This document shows positions 23,873 to 37,656 of a stretch of 64,000 bases of DNA, in pieces. The stretch's first letter is position 1. Each line of letters opens with the position of its first letter. The stretch lies in the sequence record OP310984.1; one strand, given 5' to 3'. Both the position numbers and the translations under genes were made by a program. The notes under the pieces were generated by a model. It worked only from the letters and a program-made list of their open reading frames with translations, searched no databases and was not told the origin of the DNA.

Positions 23873-25036
23873 TTAAATATTGGTAGACATGGTTTTATTC
23901 ATCATTTTAAAGATCTCAGTGATATCCGGACCTTTATTCTTTTCAGCCATTTTAATTTCATCAAGTCGGTGAGATGTAGATAGATCAACCCCACGATGAT
24001 AAATAGTTACTCGCTCATAACGGTCATCAATAACAACAAGCATCATTAGATAGCTATTGTCAAAGATCTTTTGCCGAGTGGCGAAATCATCAATACGACC
24101 ATAAAGAGAATTAGAAGCAGCTTTAAGAGTTGAAGTTGATACAATCGCGATATTTGATGCATCTGCTAATGAAACCGTACCACTGCGAACTGATTGTTTC
24201 CAGTTGTTACGGCGACGATCGGTGATTTGTTTATAAACACCTGATTTATCATTCATTAGAATGCGATAATGTTCATCGATCATATCTTGACCTAGAACGA
24301 AGTCACGCCAGAATTTAATTTGACCAGTTTTTACTAGAAATAGGCGATGTAGCCAAGTATCTCGTCCACCAGCACTAAAGATGTGCGCAATAATCTGAGG
24401 ACTAACAGCGGCTGGAATTAAACGGATCATAACAGGAATTTTAGCTTTCTGCTTTCCTGATTTAACATCAACGTTAACCAGCTTACCAACGGCAAGGTTT
24501 TCAACTTCATAAATCTTTTGTGTATCACCACTAGAAATACTTTGTGCACTTGTACTTTCGTCATTCGCTTCCATTGAAGCTACCCAACGCTCATGTGAGT
24601 GTTCAGCGACGATATTTGGTAAATGCACAGGCTTCTCAAAAGACTCTAATGAAGGAAGACCATCAGAATACTCTTCGGCAGAGAATACACTAGTGCGAGT
24701 TACACCTGTACGGTTAGGATTAATAGTATCGAATACTTTTAAAGTATCAATCTTATCCACACCTAGAAGCATATTAACAGCTTGTAGATAATAACCAGTA
24801 AAAGACGATGAAACAAATTTCATAACGTCTTTCATGTAAGGTTGATCAACTAAGGTTTGGTCTACGATGACCAATGGTTCAACACGAGTTGGACGTGCTA
24901 GATCGGTTAGAGAAGAAATCTCTACACCATTTTTAGTGGCTTGTAGGACAGTCTGCATTAGACCACGTACACCTTGATCAGCAGCAACAGTCATCAGAGC
25001 AGAACTTACTGCTCCGGCGATTACAGGTAATGGCAT
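23873..25036 (-). CDS. Head/inner-body structural protein (gp89-like)
   Basis: 387 aa; PSLE and ASME cleavage-type motifs; synteny. Confidence 0.7.
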   Translation of the reverse strand: MPLPVIAGAVSSALMTVAADQGVRGLMQTVLQATKNGVEISSLTDLARPTRVEPLVIVDQTLVDQPYMKDVMKFVSSSFTGYYLQAVNMLLGVDKIDTLKVFDTINPNRTGVTRTSVFSAEEYSDGLPSLESFEKPVHLPNIVAEHSHERWVASMEANDESTSAQSISSGDTQKIYEVENLAVGKLVNVDVKSGKQKAKIPVMIRLIPAAVSPQIIAHIFSAGGRDTWLHRLFLVKTGQIKFWRDFVLGQDMIDEHYRILMNDKSGVYKQITDRRRNNWKQSVRSGTVSLADASNIAIVSTSTLKAASNSLYGRIDDFATRQKIFDNSYLMMLVVIDDRYERVTIYHRGVDLSTSHRLDEIKMAEKNKGPDITEIFKMMNKTMSTNI

Positions 25037-25072
25037 TTTTCTCTTCCTATATGGGTTTGCAGAGAGTTATAA

Positions 25073-29044
<3,972 letters not shown>

Positions 29045-29047
29045 GGT

Positions 29048-29078
29048 CATAAGCCCTCCCCTAGGGGAGGGCATTATG
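29048..29078. terminator. Bidirectional terminator flanked by CATAA/TTATG
   Basis: CATAA-GCCCTCCC-CTAG-GGGAGGGC-a-TTATG between convergent genes. Confidence 0.8.
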
Positions 29079-29085
29079 TTGTATT

Positions 29086-30354
29086 TTACATTGCATAACC
29101 ACGTTTAAAGTCATCGATGACTTTATCAAATCGACGCTGCCATTCGCGAATAGCATCATTGAAGCCATGGATCTTATAATCTTCACTAACTACTTGTGCA
29201 CACTTACCATAATAGTTAAGTACGCAGCTAGCTGCTAGATATTGTGCTTGAGAATATTCAAACATCGTATCAGTAATACGACGCATACCTTCAAGGGAGG
29301 TATTAATTAATTGAACAGACTCACCAATAGCATCAATAGTTTCTTGACTATAGTTACGTGATAGTTGCTTTAATTTACGTAAAGCATCACTACTATTGCG
29401 ATATGCTTTTAACAAATCATCAAGTGGTGCGACAAAACGATCTTTTAATAGATGTGAGTTTTTCCAGAAATTCTTATCGGGGAAATCTGGAATGCTTGAA
29501 CGATCAGGATATACTGTAGATAGTTCATTGCACCGGGTAGCTAGTTTACCAATCTCACGGATGTTGACAATAGGCATAAGTGCACGATAATCATCACCAT
29601 TGTAATTAACATATTCAATGATAGTGCCAACTAGCTTTTCCATTGTACCTAGTTCAGTACGTGCTTCATTATTAATATTAATGATTTCTTTCTGGTAGTA
29701 TACACTACCAAATGCAGCAGCATATACACGACTAGCTAGGATTTTAGGATCATCAATGATTGATTGTGCAATTGCATCAAACTTTTCTAGTAATGCATCC
29801 TTTCGATTACCTAATCGATTTTTAACTAGTAACTCTTGAAAGAGAGTACGTGCTTGATCAACTGCCCGGACAATCTTTCCATAACGAGTTGCTACAACAA
29901 CATCACGCTTCTTAAAATCACTAATCCAACGCATCAGCTTAGCAAATAGTTCCATTAGTTTCTCAAACCAAGTCTTAAGAGTATTAATGATGGTAGCCAT
30001 CACTGCCTCTTGAGAAATAGTCACATTAAGAGTACTACGGGTTGGTGTAAACATAGAAGCATATTGCTCAAGTGAAGCTACTGCTTTCTTAGGAGCTTCA
30101 AACCCTTCAGTGCTCATGCGCTTAACTAATGCTCGAATACCATCAACATCTGGTTTTGATACGCCTTCAAGTTTAGTGATTGCATAAATATCAGATAGCT
30201 GATGAATCGCTTCGACAGCTACACACATCTTAGCTAAAATTTCAGGAGCCGAGGCACTTGAAACAGTCTCTTCTTCGCCTTCAACCATCTCTGGTTGGTT
30301 CTCATCAAAGAAAAGTTTTTCCTCTTCGACATCTACTTCTTTAACATGAGACAT
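29086..30354 (-). CDS. Internal head protein (gp86-like)
   Basis: ASLE and ISQE motifs as in gp92-97; start MSHVK with GAGG SD (track start 30375). Confidence 0.7.
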   Translation of the reverse strand: MSHVKEVDVEEEKLFFDENQPEMVEGEEETVSSASAPEILAKMCVAVEAIHQLSDIYAITKLEGVSKPDVDGIRALVKRMSTEGFEAPKKAVASLEQYASMFTPTRSTLNVTISQEAVMATIINTLKTWFEKLMELFAKLMRWISDFKKRDVVVATRYGKIVRAVDQARTLFQELLVKNRLGNRKDALLEKFDAIAQSIIDDPKILASRVYAAAFGSVYYQKEIININNEARTELGTMEKLVGTIIEYVNYNGDDYRALMPIVNIREIGKLATRCNELSTVYPDRSSIPDFPDKNFWKNSHLLKDRFVAPLDDLLKAYRNSSDALRKLKQLSRNYSQETIDAIGESVQLINTSLEGMRRITDTMFEYSQAQYLAASCVLNYYGKCAQVVSEDYKIHGFNDAIREWQRRFDKVIDDFKRGYAM

Positions 30355-30364
30355 GGGTTTAACC

Positions 30365-30814
30365 TCACTCATCAATACTACCGATTAATTGATTTAATGC
30401 ATTACCCATGTCTGCTTGGATACGGTTATAATCTGGGCCATTAACAACGGCAGAGACAATATTGATATCATCGACAGTTAGATAATCATTAGCGGTATCA
30501 GATGTCAGTACAGCTTTGACAAGACATGGATCAGTAATACCGTTGATAAGACTTTGGCGAATGCGAAGAATATTGTTAAAATAGGTTACGGCTAGTTTAG
30601 TATCAACTGCAATATTCTCATTAACTTTACTTAAGATTTTCTTAAATTTAGCAACAGCTTTATCCTGTTGTTCATTGAAATCAAGTAAAATCTCAAATGG
30701 AATCTGTAATGCCACCGCATTAGCTAGGAGCATTGCGCGGGTTTTACGATCAGAACCACCTAAGTTAGGCAGTTGCTTTAGAATACGGGAAAGTTCAAAA
30801 CCTAATTGTTGCAT
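30365..30814 (-). CDS. Virion-associated protein (gp85-like)
   Basis: 149 aa; ORF track; synteny. Confidence 0.7.
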   Translation of the reverse strand: MQQLGFELSRILKQLPNLGGSDRKTRAMLLANAVALQIPFEILLDFNEQQDKAVAKFKKILSKVNENIAVDTKLAVTYFNNILRIRQSLINGITDPCLVKAVLTSDTANDYLTVDDINIVSAVVNGPDYNRIQADMGNALNQLIGSIDE

Positions 30815-30825
30815 GATTTTTCTCT

Positions 30826-32067
30826 CTATTTAGTTAAGCGGTAGGCTCTTACAAATAAGTCATTATTTAATAGACTTTCTAAAGTATCTTCTAATTCAGT
30901 AGCCCGTTTATCTTTACGACGCTGGGGACTAAGGAAATCTAAAATTTTATCAAAAATGGTCCACTCATTAGCTAAATCATTTATCAATGAATCAATTACT
31001 TTAATGTCATCATCAATTCCTGGTTTTAGTGATGAGTCCTTTACCCATTTAAGTTGTGCTACTAGATCTTGTTTAATTTTCATTAAACGTTGTCGTTGTT
31101 TGTCATAACGTGAACTAATTGGATCATATCCAACTTTTAAATTACCGGCAATGATACCTAGTGTAACAGGTAAACCAATGATCATAAATAGACCTTTGAA
31201 TACCTCAGCAGTAATATGGCTAGAAACAGATTTATATTCACGGTCATTATAATACCGACCTGATTTAGTTAATGCCGTTGCCAGTGGCCTTCCATAACCT
31301 AATCGAGTGGCGAATAAATCAGCTAATTGTTCATCGCGTTTACGTGATTGAACATCACCAGTTAAATGCGGACGTTGCGCTTTCTTAAATGATGATAGAA
31401 TGACTTTACGAATATTTCCTTCAGTCCTATCATTAGCAAACTTCTCATAATCGGCTGGATCAACGTTTTTCTTTAACCATGTTTCATCCAATAATTGAAT
31501 CTTATACTTATTAGCTTTCCTACCCTGTAAGATAAGTATACCTTCAGTAAGTGCGTAGTTAAGATAGACGTAGTCACCCATTGTAGCCAGTGTTTCCCAA
31601 CAATGCCCAATTTCATGTAATGTAATGGCAGTAGCTTCTGCTATACTAACACGGTTAATAGCCGATAATAAACCAATAGATAAACCGACCTTGTATTTAA
31701 AAGTTGAAACAGCCTCACCCGTAACTTTTAAATTTGTTAAATCAATATTAATGAATGTATTGACACCTTGCTCAGTTGCTAAAGTAACTCGATTAATATT
31801 GTCAAATTTACTACCAGTATGTCCAACTGTAAAGGATGTGTATGCACCACCCATTATACCCTGATCATCCAGGTGTGTAAACTCTATATTCATATTGAGG
31901 ATCTTAGAAACATCATCACTCAGTGACCTAAAATCATTAATATCTATTCTCTGTTGATTATCTAATTTATCACGAATCTTGGTTAGATGTTCTTCGATCA
32001 ATGGACCTAAGTCACGCTTAACATTCACATCTAACACTTCATTAGAGATTTCTATCGTATGTAGCAT
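30826..32067 (-). CDS. Virion protein with zincin HExxH motif, putative metallopeptidase (gp84-like)
   Basis: AITLHEIGHCWE and downstream RDEQLADLFA. Confidence 0.7.
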   Translation of the reverse strand: MLHTIEISNEVLDVNVKRDLGPLIEEHLTKIRDKLDNQQRIDINDFRSLSDDVSKILNMNIEFTHLDDQGIMGGAYTSFTVGHTGSKFDNINRVTLATEQGVNTFINIDLTNLKVTGEAVSTFKYKVGLSIGLLSAINRVSIAEATAITLHEIGHCWETLATMGDYVYLNYALTEGILILQGRKANKYKIQLLDETWLKKNVDPADYEKFANDRTEGNIRKVILSSFKKAQRPHLTGDVQSRKRDEQLADLFATRLGYGRPLATALTKSGRYYNDREYKSVSSHITAEVFKGLFMIIGLPVTLGIIAGNLKVGYDPISSRYDKQRQRLMKIKQDLVAQLKWVKDSSLKPGIDDDIKVIDSLINDLANEWTIFDKILDFLSPQRRKDKRATELEDTLESLLNNDLFVRAYRLTK

Positions 32068-32168
32068 TTTATATCTCTACCAGTATTAATTTATAATCAT
32101 AAAGATAAGGCTGCGTTGTATAGAATTCAATCTTATGCACTACGTATTATAAAAGAGGCGCACACAAA

Positions 32169-33683
32169 ATGTTTGAGTTATTGTTGTCTTCTGGACTAAC
32201 AAATACGCCTATATATTCCGATCCTTATCCAGGTCCTAAAACACTGATAGCTGGGACAAGGGAATTAGGTTTGTATGGTGAAACAACATCTTCAGAATTA
32301 TTTGGTTATGATGATGCAGCTAAATTAGTTAATATGACATTTGGAACAGTAATCAATGATGGACAACCATGGTTAAAGTTCTCTAATAAAAATGTTACTT
32401 GTTACATACCAAAGAAACCAGCTCGTAAATCAATACAAAAATCACGGCTTAATAATGCCGGACTCCGTAATGGTGACTATGAAGTTAGATTTATGGGGAA
32501 CATTTATAAATTTGGTTTATTAACAATGGCTGGTGCCACATCAGAATGGCAAAGGTTACTTTATAATGTTCACGTATCTAATTTAAATGGTGCTAACTGG
32601 CCTTATAAATTTACAGATAATGACTTAGGTATTAACCAAGCGGTCGCTGGTGGTATTAGCACTGATGGTACTACTAACTGGGGAAGAGACCCAGGTAGTG
32701 ATCCAGTTAATGACCAGCTCTATCGTGGCTACTATGCGATTGATATAACTAGCTCGTCAAGTAGTGAAACGGGTGCTGCAACCCAAGGTTGGCGTCCAGT
32801 GGTTTATGCTAGTGGTACATATCCATTCGTTAAAGATAATGTTATTAAACTTACTGATTTTGAAACTGATAACGAAATGGCAGCAGGTGCCCAAATAGGT
32901 AACTTAGTCTATTATTACGGTGGTAAGAATAATGCTAATACTGCTCTACGTACACTGAATTTAGTCACGGGTAAGTTAACAACATTACAACCAACTGGTA
33001 CGCCTATAGCAGTTAAACAATGCTCGGCTGTTGCATTTAATGGTAAAGTATATTTCTATGGTGGTGAAAGTGCCACAGATGGTGTACTTACTAAAGATAT
33101 GCAGTGTTATGATCCTGCAACTAATACATGGGAAATAAAATCACCAGGCACGATAGCTTGCCGGTATGCACGTGGAACTAGTCTTAATGGGTTAATCTAC
33201 ATATTAGGTGCAGCTGATACAACTGCGACAAATAATCGTGGATTTACATTAATGTACAATCCAACTACAGATACATATACCAGTGGTGCAGCATTTAATG
33301 ATACTGGGGAATATACCCAAGATTATTCAGTGAGTATTTATAATAATAGCGTATGCGTTATTGGTGGTACGGTTGGTGCTGGTGTTAATACTGGAATCAT
33401 ATCGTACAATCAAACCAACAATAATTGGTCCAAACCAATAACTACAGGTATACCTCTTGGTGCAGCTATTAATATACGCCCATCTGGTGAACTTTATGTA
33501 ATCGCTGGTGAAAATCAAAATAACGCACCAATTAAGTATTATGAACCACGATTAGCACGATGGATAAATTTAGGTAATTTAGAAACTGGTTTAGTGGATG
33601 CAGGTTTTGCCAATACGTTTAATAATGACGGTAAGATTTATGTTCTAAACGGTAATCAGAATTTAAAATACCAAATTAGTTAA
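32169..33683 (+). CDS. Virion structural protein with C-terminal Kelch-type beta-propeller (gp83-like)
   Basis: Repeats VYYYGG, VYFYGG, IYILGA, VCVIGG, LYVIAG at about 45-50 aa spacing, with Y.P.T.TW-type motifs. Confidence 0.75.
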   Translation: MFELLLSSGLTNTPIYSDPYPGPKTLIAGTRELGLYGETTSSELFGYDDAAKLVNMTFGTVINDGQPWLKFSNKNVTCYIPKKPARKSIQKSRLNNAGLRNGDYEVRFMGNIYKFGLLTMAGATSEWQRLLYNVHVSNLNGANWPYKFTDNDLGINQAVAGGISTDGTTNWGRDPGSDPVNDQLYRGYYAIDITSSSSSETGAATQGWRPVVYASGTYPFVKDNVIKLTDFETDNEMAAGAQIGNLVYYYGGKNNANTALRTLNLVTGKLTTLQPTGTPIAVKQCSAVAFNGKVYFYGGESATDGVLTKDMQCYDPATNTWEIKSPGTIACRYARGTSLNGLIYILGAADTTATNNRGFTLMYNPTTDTYTSGAAFNDTGEYTQDYSVSIYNNSVCVIGGTVGAGVNTGIISYNQTNNNWSKPITTGIPLGAAINIRPSGELYVIAGENQNNAPIKYYEPRLARWINLGNLETGLVDAGFANTFNNDGKIYVLNGNQNLKYQIS

Positions 33684-33689
33684 CGAAAT

Positions 33690-33718
33690 AAACCCTCCCG
33701 TAATGGGAGGGTTTTATG
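33690..33718. terminator. Bidirectional terminator
   Basis: AAACCCTCCC-GTAAT-GGGAGGGTTT-TATG between convergent genes. Confidence 0.75.
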
Positions 33719-33786
33719 ATGTGTCGAAGTTTATGTTAGCAGTAATGATCAATTGATAATATTTAATTAGGAATACCTTCCATTTT

Positions 33787-34155
33787 TTAATATCCTTCAT
33801 TAAGTAGTTCTGCTAGAGCACGTGCCTGTGAAATATCAGTAGAAGCAAAAACATCAGAAAGATAGTTATCATGTTCTTTTGCATTCTGACGCAATTCATC
33901 CATTAGATGTTTATTAGATACCGCCCATACTTTCCACAGATTTTTATAATCATCATATTTGGGATTATACCCGTCTAGTGGTGGTTTTCCTTTACCAGCT
34001 TTCCAATGGTTGGAGTATATGCGATATCCTTTACAATCTAACTGCCAAGCTTCCTCAATTGTTCTGCCATCAGGAAGCCTTGCGTAAAGAGCCGAGAATC
34101 TTTTGTCACCAACAGATGAACATTCATATCCTCCTCGGCGCTTCCACTGATATAT
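33787..34155 (-). CDS. Hidden 122-codon frame without canonical start; ATA-initiated gene or -1 frameshift extension of gp82
   Basis: IYQWKRRGGYECSSVGDKRFSALYARLPDGRTIEEAWQLDCKGY...ISQARALAELLNEGY*; protein-like, fills the gap up to the terminator; absent from ORF track. Confidence 0.75.
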   Translation of the reverse strand: MYQWKRRGGYECSSVGDKRFSALYARLPDGRTIEEAWQLDCKGYRIYSNHWKAGKGKPPLDGYNPKYDDYKNLWKVWAVSNKHLMDELRQNAKEHDNYLSDVFASTDISQARALAELLNEGY

Positions 34156-36071
34156 TACTTTGGGTTCTTATAGGTATTAATAAACTTCTCTAGCAGGGTG
34201 TCCATTTTAGGAGCACCCATGATCTTCTGTGTGATTTCAATAGCATTAACCCTACCACCTGTTAAGTTTACGCCAACTTCACGGCGATGGTGTTCACTAA
34301 TTCCTTCCATCATTGAGAATTCCATCACACATGTTTCACGTGCAATATTTAGAATCTGACTAACGTTAGGATATGTCGACACGATGTCAAGGTCGGCGAT
34401 ATGACAGAAGATTAAGGTTTTATAATTCGGTAAATCTTTAACACACTGCAATCCATTTGGACCTGCCATGTATGATGGTAGTGTAACAATCCAATCATTA
34501 TGGCCAATAACATATTGATCAAGTTCATGCACCATCTGATCTGAACTTGAACCAATGACACATGGCTCTGGTCTATTCAAATACCAGAAGTGCATATCGT
34601 CACATAGTCGTTTTGGGTTAGAACTAAAGTTCTTATAGTCAGATGCCTTAGAGAATAGACTTATAGAGCGACCAAGGTCATTTACTTGTTCATCAAGTTG
34701 TTCTAGTCGAATGGAATCGATGATGTTATAAAGACCATATTTGATTTTATGCTTAGTCTGCATCTCACGGTGCCAATCGATACCACCAAGATGTGCAGTT
34801 TCTTTAAAGGTTAACTTACCAAATTCCATTACATATCTAATAGAATCACCATAGGTAAAGTTATCATTTAATATAAAATCATCCACCGGTACCCATTCAT
34901 TACTACCTACATTTTTAATATATTTAGTAATAACGCCGCCTGGTCGGTCAACTAGTTGTTTATTAAAACCTTCAATAAAATCTTCTAAGTCCTTATCATT
35001 TTTAATGGTCGTGGATTTATCGATGTTTAGTTCTTTTCTAAGAATAGACTCTAACCGATAGTTAGGATCACGTCCTTTAGCTAATCGAGTTACTCGATAA
35101 GTTGACATAGAATCGATACATTGAAAACTAGAGGGTGCTGTAATCCAATGCCATTGATCCTCCGGTCCTTTAGATTTAGTGACCCCAGATGCAGTGGTGG
35201 TCATAGGTTCATCAATCTTAAAATGGAAATACCTATAATTCTTAGGTACCGATGGATCAGAAAAAACATCAGCTGGATTAACACCATAGTGTTCTAATGT
35301 TTTTAAGATTCTACCAATGTCGAAGCTAATATTCCAGAATGCGAAGAAATCTGGTTTCCAGGTATGTAGTCGTTTAAAACATTCAATAATAATATCTACT
35401 GGTGTTTCAACAACCATTACTTCAATATCTAGACCACGTTCTTTAATTAGATGTGATAATACCTCTTCTTTTTGTGCTTGTTCTAATGTCTCTTTCACTG
35501 GATCTTCAATATCACTAACCCATCGTTTTAAATAGGCTAAGAAAGCTTTGTTCTTATGTGTAACTGACATACAGATAATCTGACCATCGTTCTCAGCTTC
35601 ATAAACGTTGGTTTCGATGTCACCGCCAGCAACAGTGTTTAGAGAGATTAGACCAGGATAACGTTCTTGATAATCATGCTTCAGATAACAGGTTGAACTA
35701 ACATCACTGCCATATAGGTAAGGACTACGCGCTAGTTGACGAAGAGATCTAGCCGAATAGTCACCTAGGATTTTACTAATCTTACGTTTCATGTCAATTT
35801 GAGTTGACATGTATTTAACTAAGTTACGCTCATATTCGTAATCTTTCTTTTCTTTATGGTTACGCATTCCTTTTGAGGTAATCCAAAAAGGACGCTGGTA
35901 GTTTTCCCACATCCTTAAATTATTTGCAGTTGTACCATCTTCAAAATGAATTCGTTCTTTAACGAAATGCGCATCTGTAAACTTACCAAATTGATCAGTA
36001 CAATAAGTAATATGTTTGGCTTCAATGCCCTTAATCTTTTTCTTATTTGTAACCTGTTGTTCATTAGACAT
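34155..36071 (-). CDS. Split family-B DNA polymerase subunit: 3'-5' exonuclease plus palm motif A (gp82-like)
   Basis: ExoI GDIET, ExoII WNISFD, ExoIII YNIIDS, pol motif A ADLDIVSTYP; motifs B/C absent (partner subunit gp50 lies elsewhere in phiKZ). Confidence 0.85.
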   Translation of the reverse strand: MSNEQQVTNKKKIKGIEAKHITYCTDQFGKFTDAHFVKERIHFEDGTTANNLRMWENYQRPFWITSKGMRNHKEKKDYEYERNLVKYMSTQIDMKRKISKILGDYSARSLRQLARSPYLYGSDVSSTCYLKHDYQERYPGLISLNTVAGGDIETNVYEAENDGQIICMSVTHKNKAFLAYLKRWVSDIEDPVKETLEQAQKEEVLSHLIKERGLDIEVMVVETPVDIIIECFKRLHTWKPDFFAFWNISFDIGRILKTLEHYGVNPADVFSDPSVPKNYRYFHFKIDEPMTTTASGVTKSKGPEDQWHWITAPSSFQCIDSMSTYRVTRLAKGRDPNYRLESILRKELNIDKSTTIKNDKDLEDFIEGFNKQLVDRPGGVITKYIKNVGSNEWVPVDDFILNDNFTYGDSIRYVMEFGKLTFKETAHLGGIDWHREMQTKHKIKYGLYNIIDSIRLEQLDEQVNDLGRSISLFSKASDYKNFSSNPKRLCDDMHFWYLNRPEPCVIGSSSDQMVHELDQYVIGHNDWIVTLPSYMAGPNGLQCVKDLPNYKTLIFCHIADLDIVSTYPNVSQILNIARETCVMEFSMMEGISEHHRREVGVNLTGGRVNAIEITQKIMGAPKMDTLLEKFINTYKNPK

Positions 36072-36141
36072 TGCTATAACCTCAGCACATATTGATATTT
36101 ATCTACGTACTATATTAGTGCCTAGTAAAAGTAATAATCAG

Positions 36142-36171
36142 CATAAAGCCTCCCCTAGGGGAGGCGATATG
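36142..36171. terminator. Hairpin flanked by CATAA/ATATG
   Basis: CATAA-a-GCCTCCC-CTAG-GGGAGGC-g-ATATG. Confidence 0.7.
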
Positions 36172-36172
36172 T

Positions 36173-37594
36173 TTACATACCAGCTTTCTGCCGGAAGAAG
36201 TGTAGAACGAGTTGCCGTTTACCTTCAGGGATGAAACGTGCAAGATAGTTAATATCTACCTGATAAAGCGCATCTGATACATCACTAGTAAATAGGCAGA
36301 ATAGAGTAAGAAGATTAATGTGTGCTTCTTGACGGTTATTCTGAGTAGGTAGAGTAGCAACAAAGCGAAGTGCGTTAGATTCACTAAATAGAGTATTACG
36401 ATTTTTCTTAACGAAATCAAAGATAATATCCATGCCTGATTTAAAGCCTTCAATATCTTCGATTGTCATTACGTAGTTGAATACATCATCTAGTTTCTTT
36501 TGTGCATCGCCACCACGTTCGATAGTGATATAGTCACCAGGTTTAGCACCAGTGGCAAACTGCTCTAGACGAGATTCGATAAATACTTGGTTCATTTTGG
36601 TCATACCTTTACGAAGTACAGGTTCATTAGATGTTGATTCACTATTCAAGATTTTAACTTCCCCGGTTGGTTTAATATCATCTTTACCAGAGAATACTTT
36701 CCATTGTTCAACAATAGTTTCAATATCTTGACTAGTGGTAGGTAAGAATAAACGATCGCGTAACTCAATAGCAATTTTAAAATCTTTTATCAGATTACTA
36801 TTTTTAATAAGTCCTTCAGCCCAGTCTTCAAGCTCTGCTGTCGTCCAATCGGTAGGTGGAGCATTATCACGAATAACACTATTAACCCAACTACCACGTA
36901 GTGTTTTTGGTGGAGTAATACCTTGTTTAACAAAATCAACCACTTCTTGGGTAGACCAATCTAGTGGAATATCACTAGTGTGAATACGCAGTTGCTTGAC
37001 TAATTCTTCAAGCTTGATACTGTCTTCAGTATTGCGAATATCTTGTTTCAGAGTATCTTCATTAACTACCGGTACAATTACTTCCTCAGTAGTCTCATTC
37101 TCTTTAGCCCTTTTAGTTAAAATATCATCAGCAATATCGGCAATATCATTAACTACACCAGTTAGACGATGGTTAGCAGCATCGATTAGTTCATCATCTG
37201 ACCATTCATCATAAGAACGATATTTACGGGTTGGGTCAAATACAAAGCTACCGAGTTCAGTTTTACCTTTAGCAATGCCATCATTGGTAAACCATTCAAT
37301 GACGTTTTCATCTGTCCATGTTTCAGGAATATCATGGTCAGTACGCAGTGCATTTACATTAACTTTAGCTAATTCTGAGGTATCGTTAACTGTATTAACT
37401 GAAGAATTAATATCATCTGCTGTAGCATATACTTCCTCAGGAGATACTAATTCAATATTTGTTAATCCTCGACCAATTTCAGAAGTTGGCTTATCTTCAG
37501 TTACTTCTGATAAAACTTCGTCTTTGACAATAGGTTTTTCAGGTAAACGATTGAGTTGAGGAAACTTTCCAAATCGTTGATTCTTTTTAGACAT
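36173..37594 (-). CDS. Hypothetical protein with repeated W[ST]xxE[LV] helical motifs (gp81-like)
   Basis: 473 aa; TWTDENV, EWSDDEL, DWSTQEV, DWTTAEL. Confidence 0.65.
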   Translation of the reverse strand: MSKKNQRFGKFPQLNRLPEKPIVKDEVLSEVTEDKPTSEIGRGLTNIELVSPEEVYATADDINSSVNTVNDTSELAKVNVNALRTDHDIPETWTDENVIEWFTNDGIAKGKTELGSFVFDPTRKYRSYDEWSDDELIDAANHRLTGVVNDIADIADDILTKRAKENETTEEVIVPVVNEDTLKQDIRNTEDSIKLEELVKQLRIHTSDIPLDWSTQEVVDFVKQGITPPKTLRGSWVNSVIRDNAPPTDWTTAELEDWAEGLIKNSNLIKDFKIAIELRDRLFLPTTSQDIETIVEQWKVFSGKDDIKPTGEVKILNSESTSNEPVLRKGMTKMNQVFIESRLEQFATGAKPGDYITIERGGDAQKKLDDVFNYVMTIEDIEGFKSGMDIIFDFVKKNRNTLFSESNALRFVATLPTQNNRQEAHINLLTLFCLFTSDVSDALYQVDINYLARFIPEGKRQLVLHFFRQKAGM

Positions 37595-37656
37595 TACTAG
37601 TTCCTTTCGGGTTATAATCTAAATAATGGAGAAGCTGAGTAACTTCTCCATCTATT

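Noticed and set aside
34038-34127. GAGGAGG-AT-ATG 29-aa ORF inside the hidden frame
   Set aside because: SD-ATG spacing is too short; the SD is explained by Arg-Gly-Gly codons of the longer protein-like frame
34151-34158. Plus-strand TATATTAC as an antisense early promoter (also 25721 and minus-strand 62014)
   Set aside because: These lack the intergenic AT-rich AAACAG/AGATC context of the six accepted sites and lie within coding frames; expected by chance in AT-rich DNA
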